IMG/VR virus record: IMGVR_UViG_3300022719_000152
Location: 1-22,793 of that record
Strand: one strand, 5' to 3'
DNA length: 22,793 bases
DNA from: a virus
Made by a program: the position numbers and the translations under genes. Below the pieces are notes generated by a model, which did not search any database, was not told where the DNA came from, and saw only the letters and a list, made by a program, of their open reading frames with translations. Below are positions 1 to 8,129 of the stretch, one piece after another. How positions within the stretch are numbered: position 1 is the first letter of the stretch; every line of letters starts with the position of its first letter.

Positions 1-714
1 GTTAGTTATGAAGGACACCAGGCGTGTATGTAAAGAGGAACCCGCGCTCATGTCTTTAAGGATATTCTGCAGGTGGTAGATCACCGGCTTCCTCTGAATA
101 CGGGCCTTCTCGACCTTGTCCATGTCCTTCCCTGTCTCATGTATTTTATCGTACCTGATATCCAGAGGAGAGTACTTGAAATACACGTCGGCGCTGTCCT
201 CGAGCTGATGGAACGTCTTCTCCAGAAGAGTAGCCAACTTCGCCGGAGAGAGCCGACACAACTTCTCGCCCGACACGCACGGCATCGAGCGGAATGGGGT
301 CCCGTTCCTACCCTCTCTTTCAGCATACTGAGCGTGTTGTTCCCTAGAATCTGGGTCCAGGAAGAGTTCCCGGTTGCACTTCGGACACACACAGTGGAAA
401 TGGGCAAACAGATCTGTGCTGAACGGGTGCTGGCAATCATCAAACCCGCACCAATACATCTTCTGGTCGCCGCCGCCGTGGAACCGCTTGCCTGACTCCC
501 AGATGGTGACAATGCAGGGAGATGGCTTGTGGGCAAGAGTAGAGCGGTTCTTCCCGAACATCACCTCAATCTTGTACTTGGCCTTCAGAGCTTCCTTCTC
601 GGCATGCTTCTTCAGCAATCCCTCCACAGACTCCCCATCTTTGAGGATAACCGTGTCCCTACTCTGACTGCCTACATTGACAGGGGAGTCTATTCTCTTA
701 ATCTTGACGGGCAT
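1..714 (-). CDS. Hypothetical Cys-rich (probable Zn-binding) protein, truncated at the window edge
   Basis: Not in the ORF track because no stop lies in the window. Manual translation from ATG 714 is open to position 1: MPVKIKRIDSP...AKYKIEVMF...IWESGKRFHGGGDQKMYWCGFDDC...CVCPKC...LVSFITN. It starts just after the stop of 717..1211. Confidence 0.8.
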   Translation of the reverse strand, partial: MPVKIKRIDSPVNVGSQSRDTVILKDGESVEGLLKKHAEKEALKAKYKIEVMFGKNRSTLAHKPSPCIVTIWESGKRFHGGGDQKMYWCGFDDCQHPFSTDLFAHFHCVCPKCNRELFLDPDSREQHAQYAEREGRNGTPFRSMPCVSGEKLCRLSPAKLATLLEKTFHQLEDSADVYFKYSPLDIRYDKIHETGKDMDKVEKARIQRKPVIYHLQNILKDMSAGSSLHTRLVSFITN

Positions 715-716
715 GA

Positions 717-1211
717 CTAGGCACCGCCGCCAATGGGAGCCGCTCCCTTGCGTCCAGTAACCAAGCCTCCGCTAGAGGGGGTGCCGCCGCCCATCAAGGG
801 GGCCTCAGTGACCTCCATCCTGGGGATGATGTGGGAGAAGGACTCAGCAAGAGCATTAGCTCCATCGCGAAGGTTGTTGGAGGCAAAGCTAACTACCCAG
901 CCGTACTTCATGATGCCACCTTTGAGCATGAACTGGGTCCCAATGTGCAGCTTCACATCGTTCTCCCTAGCGGCGAACAGCATCGGACGGATCACGCTCT
1001 CGGCAAACTTACCGGCGTCCTTGTCCTTGACCGCGCCCAAGATGTTCACAGTACCGATGGCCGCGCTGACCTCTCTAGCTGAGAACAGCTTGGTGGCCTC
1101 CAAAGCAGTGGCAAACATGTTAGCGGTATGGTCAGCAATCTCTTGAGGAGACACCTCCGACTCCTCGAAGTTGCCTTCTGCTTGAAATTCACTCTCCAGG
1201 CTGTCTATCAT
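717..1211 (-). CDS. Hypothetical protein (164 aa)
   Basis: ORF packed into the minus-strand block with protein-like composition and a Gly-rich C-terminus. Confidence 0.75.
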   Translation of the reverse strand: MIDSLESEFQAEGNFEESEVSPQEIADHTANMFATALEATKLFSAREVSAAIGTVNILGAVKDKDAGKFAESVIRPMLFAARENDVKLHIGTQFMLKGGIMKYGWVVSFASNNLRDGANALAESFSHIIPRMEVTEAPLMGGGTPSSGGLVTGRKGAAPIGGGA

Positions 1212-1494
1212 CTTTTACGCTCCTGATGTCTACAACGTTGTCCACCACTTCCATCTTCTCCAGATGGGTACGGTAGTCATCCAAAAGTCCTTCACACCTG
1301 GCCCTCACCATGACCAGGACTTGAAGCAATGCTTGTGTCCCTGCCCAGACCCCAAACTTCTCCTGCCGCTCAGTGCCCTCCAACTCGTTGTAGCGATTGT
1401 TGATAGCGTCCCTTGCTGCATTGAAAGCATCTAGGTCTTTTTGTACCTCTCGCATCTCTGCGATGATTTCATTTCTAGTCGGTAGCTCCGCCAC
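1189..1494 (-). CDS. Hypothetical helical/coiled-coil protein
   Basis: GTG start after GGAAGG; overlaps both neighbours; heptad-like EMREVQKDLDAFNAARDAINNRYNEL. Confidence 0.7.
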   Translation of the reverse strand: MAELPTRNEIIAEMREVQKDLDAFNAARDAINNRYNELEGTERQEKFGVWAGTQALLQVLVMVRARCEGLLDDYRTHLEKMEVVDNVVDIRSVKDDRQPGE

Positions 1495-1825
1495 TGGCCT
1501 TCCTCATCAAATCGTTGAAGATTGGCAGGCGGGAGGCAGTCTTTACCGTAGCTTCCTCTGGTACGTCTACATCCCGCCACTCCAAATACTTGCAAGGTTC
1601 GCCACCAGCGATCTTGGGTATTGGAGCTCCGCCTGGCTCGCCATTCTCTCTAGGGATCGCACAGCAAGCACCTACGTCACACGCACAATCTCCATGCCGC
1701 TCTCCCTCAGCGGTGAAGTAGTATGTGCATTCCGGTGGAGTGTAGTGAGAGACTGTTGGGTAGGCCCTACACACATCCGGCCGGGATTCGTAAATGCTGC
1801 AGCGTGCAATCGTCTTAGTTGTCAT
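1475..1825 (-). CDS. YkgJ/CxxCxxCC-family cysteine-cluster protein with permuted motif order
   Basis: Probable start is ATG 1825 (MTTKTIARC), after GAGGA and overlapping the upstream stop. Contains CSIYESRPDVCRAYP, then CACDVGACC and PCKYL. Confidence 0.75.
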   Translation of the reverse strand: MTTKTIARCSIYESRPDVCRAYPTVSHYTPPECTYYFTAEGERHGDCACDVGACCAIPRENGEPGGAPIPKIAGGEPCKYLEWRDVDVPEEATVKTASRLPIFNDLMRKASGGATD

Positions 1826-2054
1826 ACCTCGTGTCCTCGAACTGTATGAACTGTGGAACTCCTCTGGCCCGAATGGCCACTGCAAGTTCCTCTGGCGGGA
1901 GTTCATCCCACTTCTTGGGCTTCCGTCTCCTCCGGAGTTTCGGCAGGAACTCTTCGGCGACCACCTCCATGGCCGTCTTGCGCTCCTCCGCGGTCAGATA
2001 CCGCATGTTTGAATGCTTGCAGATGAACCGGTCAAGTTTGTCCAGCAGTGACAT
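1815..2054 (-). CDS. Hypothetical basic protein (79 aa)
   Basis: SD AAGGGAGA before the ATG; basic patch KLRRRRKPKK; coupled to neighbours. Confidence 0.7.
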   Translation of the reverse strand: MSLLDKLDRFICKHSNMRYLTAEERKTAMEVVAEEFLPKLRRRRKPKKWDELPPEELAVAIRARGVPQFIQFEDTRYDN

Positions 2055-2553
2055 TTTGGTCTCCCTTGTTTAGACACAACACGATGGTGACTTCTTCGTC
2101 ACCAACAAACCTAGATTCCTTCGACACCACCAGGTACTTCCTGACGTTGCCGTTGTCCTCCTCCGGAAAGGACACGTAGTACAAGTCAGATGCGTATGCT
2201 GATGCTGGAATGTGTACCCTGTCCAGTTTGTCTACTTGGGCCTCCAGCACCTTCACTGATGACGAATCTTTAGACTCAATATAGTGAAGACGAACCCTCT
2301 TGGTTTCCAAAGGCAGGTCGAGATTGGTCTCTCGAATAACCCTCATCTCACTAGTGAGGGCGGCTCGGAGCTCCTTGACGAAGTCCTCTACAGCTTCACC
2401 CCCATCCTCAAGAGATACTGGGCGTGTGCCATGAACATCTTTTAAGTCCTCCGGAACCAACGTCCAACGGGTTAGTTGCTCCAAAGAGTTCTTGGGAATG
2501 ATCCCCGCTTCTACCATCAACCGCATCGAGTGTTTTACGCTGCTCTCTTCCAT
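2032..2553 (-). CDS. Hypothetical protein
   Basis: Probable start ATG 2553 (MEESSVKH) after GGAG; the track ORF extends to 2589. Confidence 0.7.
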   Translation of the reverse strand: MEESSVKHSMRLMVEAGIIPKNSLEQLTRWTLVPEDLKDVHGTRPVSLEDGGEAVEDFVKELRAALTSEMRVIRETNLDLPLETKRVRLHYIESKDSSSVKVLEAQVDKLDRVHIPASAYASDLYYVSFPEEDNGNVRKYLVVSKESRFVGDEEVTIVLCLNKGDQNVTAGQT

Positions 2554-3100
2554 GACCTTCACTCCGGATTTCAATAGATGTCTTGACAACCAGCTCTATC
2601 TCGCTGGGCTCCGCCTGTAGGTACTTCGACCCACAGAGGATGAGTGTCTCTTCTGGTAACGAGCCCAACCGATGAACCGGTAGGCCCAAAATCGTGTCTA
2701 TGCCCGTAGCCGGCATCCCACGCTCCTCGAACTCAAACCATCTGCTCAGGAGGCCTTGCTGACCAACACCCGTGACCCAACAGGTGCCATGTAGTCTTTC
2801 GAAGGCTACTAGCTGCAGCATATCGAAAATGACTTGGAACGACGAGGCTCCCTCACTGTAGTACTCCAGGAACCCCTCTACATTCTTGAGAGCTCCGTCC
2901 CAAGACTCCTGAATCTCGACCAGGTCAGGGTCACCCTCCTCTACCTGTCTTTGCACACGGACGGGCTCATCAACGTCAATCTCGATGCGCTGGACCAAGC
3001 CCGGTTGGGTGAGAATCTCCCGGACGAGAGAACACACCGCTTCCGGTGTGCGAGGCCGCGGGTACTTCTCAGTCCGCACACTCTTAGATCTGCTCGACAT
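2408..3100 (-). CDS. Hypothetical protein
   Basis: Probable start ATG 3100 (MSSRSKSVRTEKYPRP) after GGAGCAGGGA; the C-terminal tail overlaps the next gene. Confidence 0.7.
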   Translation of the reverse strand: MSSRSKSVRTEKYPRPRTPEAVCSLVREILTQPGLVQRIEIDVDEPVRVQRQVEEGDPDLVEIQESWDGALKNVEGFLEYYSEGASSFQVIFDMLQLVAFERLHGTCWVTGVGQQGLLSRWFEFEERGMPATGIDTILGLPVHRLGSLPEETLILCGSKYLQAEPSEIELVVKTSIEIRSEGHGREQRKTLDAVDGRSGDHSQELFGATNPLDVGSGGLKRCSWHTPSIS

Positions 3101-3281
3101 TGAGTCCCTGCTCCTTCTCTCGAAGGTCCATGAAGTGTTGAGTGACGATTTGGGAGACGGACGTATCCCTGCGTTCAGCATAGTCGATGATGAACTCTTT
3201 CAGGTCGCCCCGAATAAGGAGGTGGAGACGCTCGCCTTTGACGACGTTCTTTCTCCTCTTCTTTTTCTTCCTCCTAGCCAT
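3084..3281 (-). CDS. Ribbon-helix-helix (CopG/Arc-like) DNA-binding protein
   Basis: RLHLLIRGDLKEFIIDYAERRDTSVSQIVTQHF fits the strand-helix-turn(S-V-S)-helix pattern; basic N-terminal arm RRKKKKRRK. Confidence 0.7.
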   Translation of the reverse strand: MARRKKKKRRKNVVKGERLHLLIRGDLKEFIIDYAERRDTSVSQIVTQHFMDLREKEQGLNVEQI

Positions 3282-3283
3282 AA

Positions 3284-4063
3284 CTATGCACAGAGATCTT
3301 CTGGGAGTACCCCCCTCTCCAAAGACATTCCAGTTTGATGTAACCGCACTAACCTTTCAACAAGATTTTGATCGTAAAAACTGCCTCTTCTAAGGCTCAA
3401 GTTTTGGTCAGACACAAAAGACATCACAGCAGAGGCAGTTTGTTTGCCCCACATACCGTCTACTACACCGGCATTATAACTCTGCATGTTCAGAAGATGC
3501 TGCACCCGGCGCTTCATCCAAGGCGTATTGAACAAGAAGGTGGTGTGAGCCTTCACCAACCACTCCACGTCGGTGCAATAAGGGTACATGCCAGCATGAA
3601 GCTCGTTGAAAGTGAATCGAACCTGACAGTGAGGTACATCCCGAAACTTCCAGCGACCTCCCCACTCGTAGTCGATACCATCTGGCTCTGCCTCATCGAG
3701 CTCGATGGCAGACTCCATGAGGGCCTCTTCGACCTTCCACCAGATCTCACCTTGGAGTTCATCTGGGTCCGGCCACCACAAGTCATCGGGTTCTTCCGTA
3801 AGTAGGTTGAATGGTGCCATATCAACGGCCAACCCATAGTTGTGCATCGACTGACCACCTCGGGCCTTGGTCACGATCTTACCCTTCTTCCCCTTCGTGC
3901 GGCCTTGAGCGTAGAGTTCATTCTGCTCAGCGAAGGTACGAAGTCCTGAGTACGCCTTGAAGGGTGACTTGAAGTCCTCCTCCAGCTTCCGTAGGACACG
4001 CTCGATGACTGCTACCAGTCCGGGGTGAAGGTTGCCTTTGTCAATTCTGCGTAGCCACGCCAT
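3284..4063 (-). CDS. Endolysin: peptidase M15 (L-Ala-D-Glu-type) with C-terminal peptidoglycan-binding domain
   Basis: SGLRTFAEQNELYAQGRT, GGQSMHNYGLAVD (SxHxxxxAxD) and WGGRWKFRDVPH; C-terminal VQHLLN...VDGMWGKQTASAVMSF is PG_binding_1-like. Confidence 0.9.
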   Translation of the reverse strand: MAWLRRIDKGNLHPGLVAVIERVLRKLEEDFKSPFKAYSGLRTFAEQNELYAQGRTKGKKGKIVTKARGGQSMHNYGLAVDMAPFNLLTEEPDDLWWPDPDELQGEIWWKVEEALMESAIELDEAEPDGIDYEWGGRWKFRDVPHCQVRFTFNELHAGMYPYCTDVEWLVKAHTTFLFNTPWMKRRVQHLLNMQSYNAGVVDGMWGKQTASAVMSFVSDQNLSLRRGSFYDQNLVERLVRLHQTGMSLERGVLPEDLCA

Positions 4064-4361
4064 CAGTCTCTTCTTTCTTCTCAGGTTGAACGTGAATGAT
4101 CCCCTCCAGGTATGCTCTCAACCCTGGTATGGGGTGCTTCTCCAGAATCAGATCAATGACACACTGATGCATGCGTTGCATCAGGTCTAGCTGCTGACCT
4201 GGCCTCGGCAGAGGGTCTAGCATCTCCCCCTTGAACTTCTCAGTCATGCGCTTGTCCACGAACCGGTGGAGTTCGCGGTCTGCCGCGAGGAAGAAGGGAA
4301 GCCACGTCCACGCGACCTCCCATCTTCCGTCCTGCTGCTTCTTCTCGTGAATCAAGTACAT
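4041..4361 (-). CDS. Hypothetical protein (106 aa)
   Basis: ATG after GAGG; fills the gap between GroES and the endolysin. Confidence 0.7.
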   Translation of the reverse strand: MYLIHEKKQQDGRWEVAWTWLPFFLAADRELHRFVDKRMTEKFKGEMLDPLPRPGQQLDLMQRMHQCVIDLILEKHPIPGLRAYLEGIIHVQPEKKEETDGVATQN

Positions 4362-4367
4362 GGTGCC

Positions 4368-4736
4368 TCAGTTGTCGTAGGGTAGTGCCAGGTCTAGCAC
4401 CGCCTCCTTGTCAATCACTCCCAGGATGTCTGGGATCTTCAAGAAGAACAGGTCTCCGATGTACTGGTAGCTGACAATGTCGTTGTGCTTGAGGTGGCCG
4501 CGGAAGACGATGCGGTCTCCCTTCTTCACCGTGTGTTCAACCCAAACACTCTTACCCTTCGGGGTGACGTGCCAGTAGCCTTTGTCCACCGACACCACTA
4601 CTGCCACCGAGTGACCCATACGTTCCATCTGGTTGCCCTCAGGAATATACAGGCCACTCTCGGTCTTCTCCCTACGCCTCTCCGGTTTGACGAGAAGCCA
4701 GGGGCCTCTAGCCTTTACACGCTCAGGGTCGGTCAT
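4368..4736 (-). CDS. groES: GroES/Cpn10-like co-chaperonin
   Basis: WLLVKPE..EKTESGLYIP mobile-loop motif, AVVVSVDKG, VKKGDRIVF and DILGVI. Confidence 0.9.
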   Translation of the reverse strand: MTDPERVKARGPWLLVKPERRREKTESGLYIPEGNQMERMGHSVAVVVSVDKGYWHVTPKGKSVWVEHTVKKGDRIVFRGHLKHNDIVSYQYIGDLFFLKIPDILGVIDKEAVLDLALPYDN

Positions 4737-5035
4737 ACCGACTCGACTCCTTGCCCCTGCTGCAGGTGCTGGAGGAACTTCTTACGGAACCACTCTTGCG
4801 AATCAGCAAAGAGCACCTGACCCTGAATCTTCTCCCGGGCCAAGAAAACAGATGCTTTTTCTCCCAGACCGGGAGGGCACAAAGCAAGGCGTACTTGCTT
4901 CTCGCCTTTGCCGTCAGTGTAGGCCACCAAGTAGGACTTCACCTCTTGGATCCCCTGGATGGAGTTGGGGCCTGCAGCGGAGGTCTCCTCAAACTTGAAA
5001 GCCGGGGACCCTTCAGGGTGTGGAATGTTGCTCAT
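4733..5035 (-). CDS. Hypothetical protein
   Basis: Probable start ATG 5035 (MSNIPHPEG) after AAGGAGA; ATGA overlaps with both neighbours. Confidence 0.7.
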   Translation of the reverse strand: MSNIPHPEGSPAFKFEETSAAGPNSIQGIQEVKSYLVAYTDGKGEKQVRLALCPPGLGEKASVFLAREKIQGQVLFADSQEWFRKKFLQHLQQGQGVESV

Positions 5036-5358
5036 GATGGAATGTCTCCTTGGTTGATTGGTAATTGGGTGACCGTTGGTGCGCACCCACAAACTCGAAT
5101 GTTCATCGGCACTTCAGCTCCGTTGTTGTCTGTCTGAATCCGAAGCTGGTAGTACGTCACCTGTTTCTGACACAGGGGGCACCCGCCCGGGGTTGGGGAG
5201 TTCATGGGGGCCAGGAGTGGTGGAAGCTCCGGGATACCTCCGGAGGCCGTAGCTTGTTGCGGTTTCATCAGCAACTTGAGCCCCTCGTCCACCTTCTTCT
5301 CGATTCTGAGAAGAGCTTCCATCAGCAGCTTGAGTATCTCGACTATTCCGAAGTTCAT
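5032..5358 (-). CDS. Small Zn-ribbon-like protein (CPLC...CGC)
   Basis: Probable start ATG 5358 (MNFGIVEILK) after GAGGTGG; ATGA coupling to the downstream gene. Confidence 0.6.
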   Translation of the reverse strand: MNFGIVEILKLLMEALLRIEKKVDEGLKLLMKPQQATASGGIPELPPLLAPMNSPTPGGCPLCQKQVTYYQLRIQTDNNGAEVPMNIRVCGCAPTVTQLPINQGDIPS

Positions 5359-5797
5359 TTTCCACCACCTCTGTACAAGTAGGGCCACCAGGCTCCTCGA
5401 TGTAGTAGCAGCAAGCGCCACGGCCAGAGGACTCGAAGTGCATCCGAGTCCCATCTTCCAAAACTAGCTGCCGGACGATGACCCTTTCCGGTTGGCCAAC
5501 AGGCTCAACAGTCATATCCACAATCTTCTTGTTCAGAAGAACCTCTCGGAACTTCTGTGCCGACGCAGGGTTACCATTCCAACCAAACCCATGGATGGCT
5601 CGGTAGAACTCCCTCACTGGAACCTCAATCATAGGATATACGGAGCTCGCAGCTTTGTGCATCTCCATGCGCCCGCCACATAGAGGGGTGATGCACTGGT
5701 ACATCAAGCCAGCCGGCCCGAGTAGCGCAGTGACCTCCTCAATGTTGCCGCCAATCTGATACGACTTTTGGCAAGTATGGCAGGACACAATCCTCAT
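5114..5797 (-). CDS. Hypothetical protein with N-terminal Zn-binding motifs
   Basis: CHTC and CITPLC motifs; ATGA overlap with the upstream gene; low-complexity tail overlapping the next gene. Confidence 0.75.
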   Translation of the reverse strand: MRIVSCHTCQKSYQIGGNIEEVTALLGPAGLMYQCITPLCGGRMEMHKAASSVYPMIEVPVREFYRAIHGFGWNGNPASAQKFREVLLNKKIVDMTVEPVGQPERVIVRQLVLEDGTRMHFESSGRGACCYYIEEPGGPTCTEVVENELRNSRDTQAADGSSSQNREEGGRGAQVADETATSYGLRRYPGASTTPGPHELPNPGRVPPVSETGDVLPASDSDRQQRS

Positions 5798-6228
5798 ATG
5801 GAGCCAACTCCAGTGAGGCTGTCAGTGTACTCTTCACCGGGCTCCGGACAGCCATCGCCTTCGTTGAAGTCCTGCTCAGCCGGCTCTTCATCATCAACGA
5901 AGAGAGACATGTTATCGGGACCCATGAGCTCCTCATTTGAGGTACGAGAAAAGTCCTGGGCCAGCTTGACGATCCGGTCTACTGAGTCGGTCGGCTCCTC
6001 CTCGTCGTTGGAAGGACCAAACGTGGAAGCCACGACGTTGTCCTGAAACCTGACCTGGTCAGGTTTTCCGTCAGCCTCAATCATCAGCTCGAGGACGCCG
6101 GCGGCCTCCAAATCACTCACGGCAATCTCAAACTTGGAGGTCCCATTGGTGAGAACCAACCGCCGAGGGAGTTCCTTCCCTGTCTCCAGGTCAAAAGAGT
6201 CCCCAAGCAACTGCACGACTCTGATCAT
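5794..6228 (-). CDS. Hypothetical acidic protein
   Basis: SD GAGGAGAGG; ATGA coupling; very D/E-rich C-terminal half. Confidence 0.75.
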   Translation of the reverse strand: MIRVVQLLGDSFDLETGKELPRRLVLTNGTSKFEIAVSDLEAAGVLELMIEADGKPDQVRFQDNVVASTFGPSNDEEEPTDSVDRIVKLAQDFSRTSNEELMGPDNMSLFVDDEEPAEQDFNEGDGCPEPGEEYTDSLTGVGSI

Positions 6229-6626
6229 CTTCCTCTCCTCTTGCCCTTCCGCTTTCTTTCGCTCTCTAGAATCTTTACCTTGCCTCTACGCAGCTTCGAG
6301 ATGAGCGCCTGGTTTTCCTTGGCACGCCACAAAGGACGGACCTTGAATGCGACCTTCTCTGCCCAATGCTTGAGGGCGTCCTTGGTCTGCTTGTCGTATC
6401 GCCTCTTCTCTCCTTCGAGGTAGGGGAACAAAGACTTCCGGTACTCGTCCATGGCGTCTTCGAGCATCTTGCTGCCGCCCTCGGCGCCGGCGGCTGCAAT
6501 GACTGCGGCTACCATGGACTTCGTCTGGAAGTACTCCGCTTCCTGCCTCCTCTTGCTGACGAGAAGAAATAGAGGCTCCAATAAACTCCCTGGCCGCGGA
6601 GGCGCTGCGGCCAAGTCGTACAACAT
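6225..6626 (-). CDS. Probable -1 frameshift extension (GT-like) of the tail assembly chaperone
   Basis: No SD before ATG 6626; the frame stays open upstream through the A AAA AAT heptamer at the end of 6656..7828. Confidence 0.65.
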   Translation of the reverse strand: MLYDLAAAPPRPGSLLEPLFLLVSKRRQEAEYFQTKSMVAAVIAAAGAEGGSKMLEDAMDEYRKSLFPYLEGEKRRYDKQTKDALKHWAEKVAFKVRPLWRAKENQALISKLRRGKVKILESERKRKGKRRGR

Positions 6627-6655
6627 GTTGGACCGTGCCCAACCTATTGGAGCCT

Positions 6656-7828
6656 CTAGCCATTTTTTAGGTTTTCGATGCTGAAGAGTTTCTGTACCCT
6701 CTCCTGAAACCAGATGGCCTGCACTGAGATGTCCGCCAGCAAATTCGTGGGCATCCGAGACAAGATGGCCAATTTGTTTCTGAAGGCATCTCGGTCCACT
6801 TCCTCCTTGGGGGTTCCGATTTCCTTACGATGGTCAGGTAGGGCCTTCCCGTTCAGTGCAAACAGTGCACACGCTAGCTTGCAGGTATTGAGGAGCTCTT
6901 CAACGTAAGCAGCAGAGCCAACTTGGTCGTACACATACTGCAGGCAGAAGAGGTACTCCTGTTGGTTGAAGGTCCGCAGTGTGTAGACCAGTTTGTCAGG
7001 GATGACAGGGATGGTTTGCTTGATCTCGCTTTGGATGATCATGTCCCCAATATTGAGGGGCTCCAACCTACTCTCTATGATCTTGCGTCGCTCATCGTTG
7101 GCGATCACTTGTTGTTGCCGGGTGAGCGCATCAAAGTTGAACCCTGGGAAGTCGGAGGTGGCCAGCTCGTCTTCCGCTTCCTCCATGTCCTTCTTGGCAT
7201 CAGTATCATCCAATGGAGACTTGGGCTCTTCGAAGGCGGGGGTGTCTTCCACCTGAACCTTCTTCAGGGCCTCCATAGATTCAGGTGATAGCTGCTTCGG
7301 GCGTTCTTTTGGCTTGTCGTCTTGCTGCACAGTTCCCATCCTTTTTGCTTCTCCCAAGGTGACTGGTCCTTTGGTGTGGCCTCGAGCCATGCGCTGGTTT
7401 GCTACATACGCTGACCCAACTCCGCCGATGGAGGGGAGCTGCTTCTCCTCCTCTGGGTCCACCGGGTTCTCCGGAGCCCGAGAGGCATACGGGTCCGGCG
7501 GCGGTTCTTCAAGGTCATCCTCGCCGAAATTTGGGGTAGCCATGAGCTGGTTCAGGCCCGTGAGCTCAGCCAGCTTACCTGGCTCTACTTCCGGAGCTCC
7601 TCCCAAAGGCTTCCTAGAGCGTTTGACACTTCGCATCGCTGCTTGCCGTTGCTTTACCCTATCGCCGTATGATGCGGCTGATTGAATGGTGCCGGGGTCT
7701 TCAGCTTCGACCTCTTCGGTATCCTCGATTTCTTCCCTACCACTACTGATCTCCTCAGGAGTGGGAGTGAGGGAAACTTCGCTACCCTTTTTTCTTGGGT
7801 CCAAACGACTCATCTTCACCCGTCCCAA
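6656..7828 (-). CDS. Probable tail assembly chaperone (G-like) with long disordered acidic N-terminus
   Basis: Helical C-terminal domain ending ...KLFSIENLKNG* with a slippery heptamer just before the stop. The function is inferred from this arrangement. The start is uncertain (TTG 7828 or ATG 7813). Confidence 0.55.
   Translation of the reverse strand: MGRVKMSRLDPRKKGSEVSLTPTPEEISSGREEIEDTEEVEAEDPGTIQSAASYGDRVKQRQAAMRSVKRSRKPLGGAPEVEPGKLAELTGLNQLMATPNFGEDDLEEPPPDPYASRAPENPVDPEEEKQLPSIGGVGSAYVANQRMARGHTKGPVTLGEAKRMGTVQQDDKPKERPKQLSPESMEALKKVQVEDTPAFEEPKSPLDDTDAKKDMEEAEDELATSDFPGFNFDALTRQQQVIANDERRKIIESRLEPLNIGDMIIQSEIKQTIPVIPDKLVYTLRTFNQQEYLFCLQYVYDQVGSAAYVEELLNTCKLACALFALNGKALPDHRKEIGTPKEEVDRDAFRNKLAILSRMPTNLLADISVQAIWFQERVQKLFSIENLKNG
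6662..6668 (-). other. Putative programmed -1 ribosomal frameshift site A AAA AAT
   Basis: 0 frame reads CTA AAA AAT GGC TAG; the -1 frame reads AAA AAA TGG CTA GAG...AAC ATG TTG TAC, open into 6225..6626. Confidence 0.7.
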
Positions 7829-8129
7829 TTTCCTCGTAAGCCATGTTCCAATCTGGCTCTACGAGCGTTTGTTTGCTCAAGCCCCTCGGCATGTTGAGAG
7901 GCGGTCCACTCAAATCTGGCGCAGGACCTATAGGCCATGTGAGCTTGCATGGCCCACAGTACGCCTGTCGAAATCCTGACTTGGAAACAATGCGTGCATC
8001 TTTGCCGCACTGCTTGCATTTGCGAGCTTTGTCAACGGCTCGCTCTCCCCTCTTTACTTCGACTTGAGGTTCAGGGAGCCCAGTGATCCCATCTGGAGGC
8101 TCCGGCAGTCCTTTCGGGGGGTCACTCAT
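7782..8129 (-). CDS. Zn-ribbon protein
   Basis: CKQC...CGPC; SD GGAGGT; TAATG coupling. Confidence 0.75.
   Translation of the reverse strand: MSDPPKGLPEPPDGITGLPEPQVEVKRGERAVDKARKCKQCGKDARIVSKSGFRQAYCGPCKLTWPIGPAPDLSGPPLNMPRGLSKQTLVEPDWNMAYEEIGTGEDESFGPKKKG

Noticed and set aside
73-720. Track ORFs 73..495, 81..536, 374..667 and 529..720
   Set aside because: They are shadows of the minus-strand gene 1..714, which the track missed because it has no stop in the window.
1475-2054. Frameshifted single YkgJ gene spanning 1815..2054 and 1475..1906
   Set aside because: The upstream ORF has no CxxCxxCC motif, and the downstream ORF has its own SD and ATG and already contains all the motifs.
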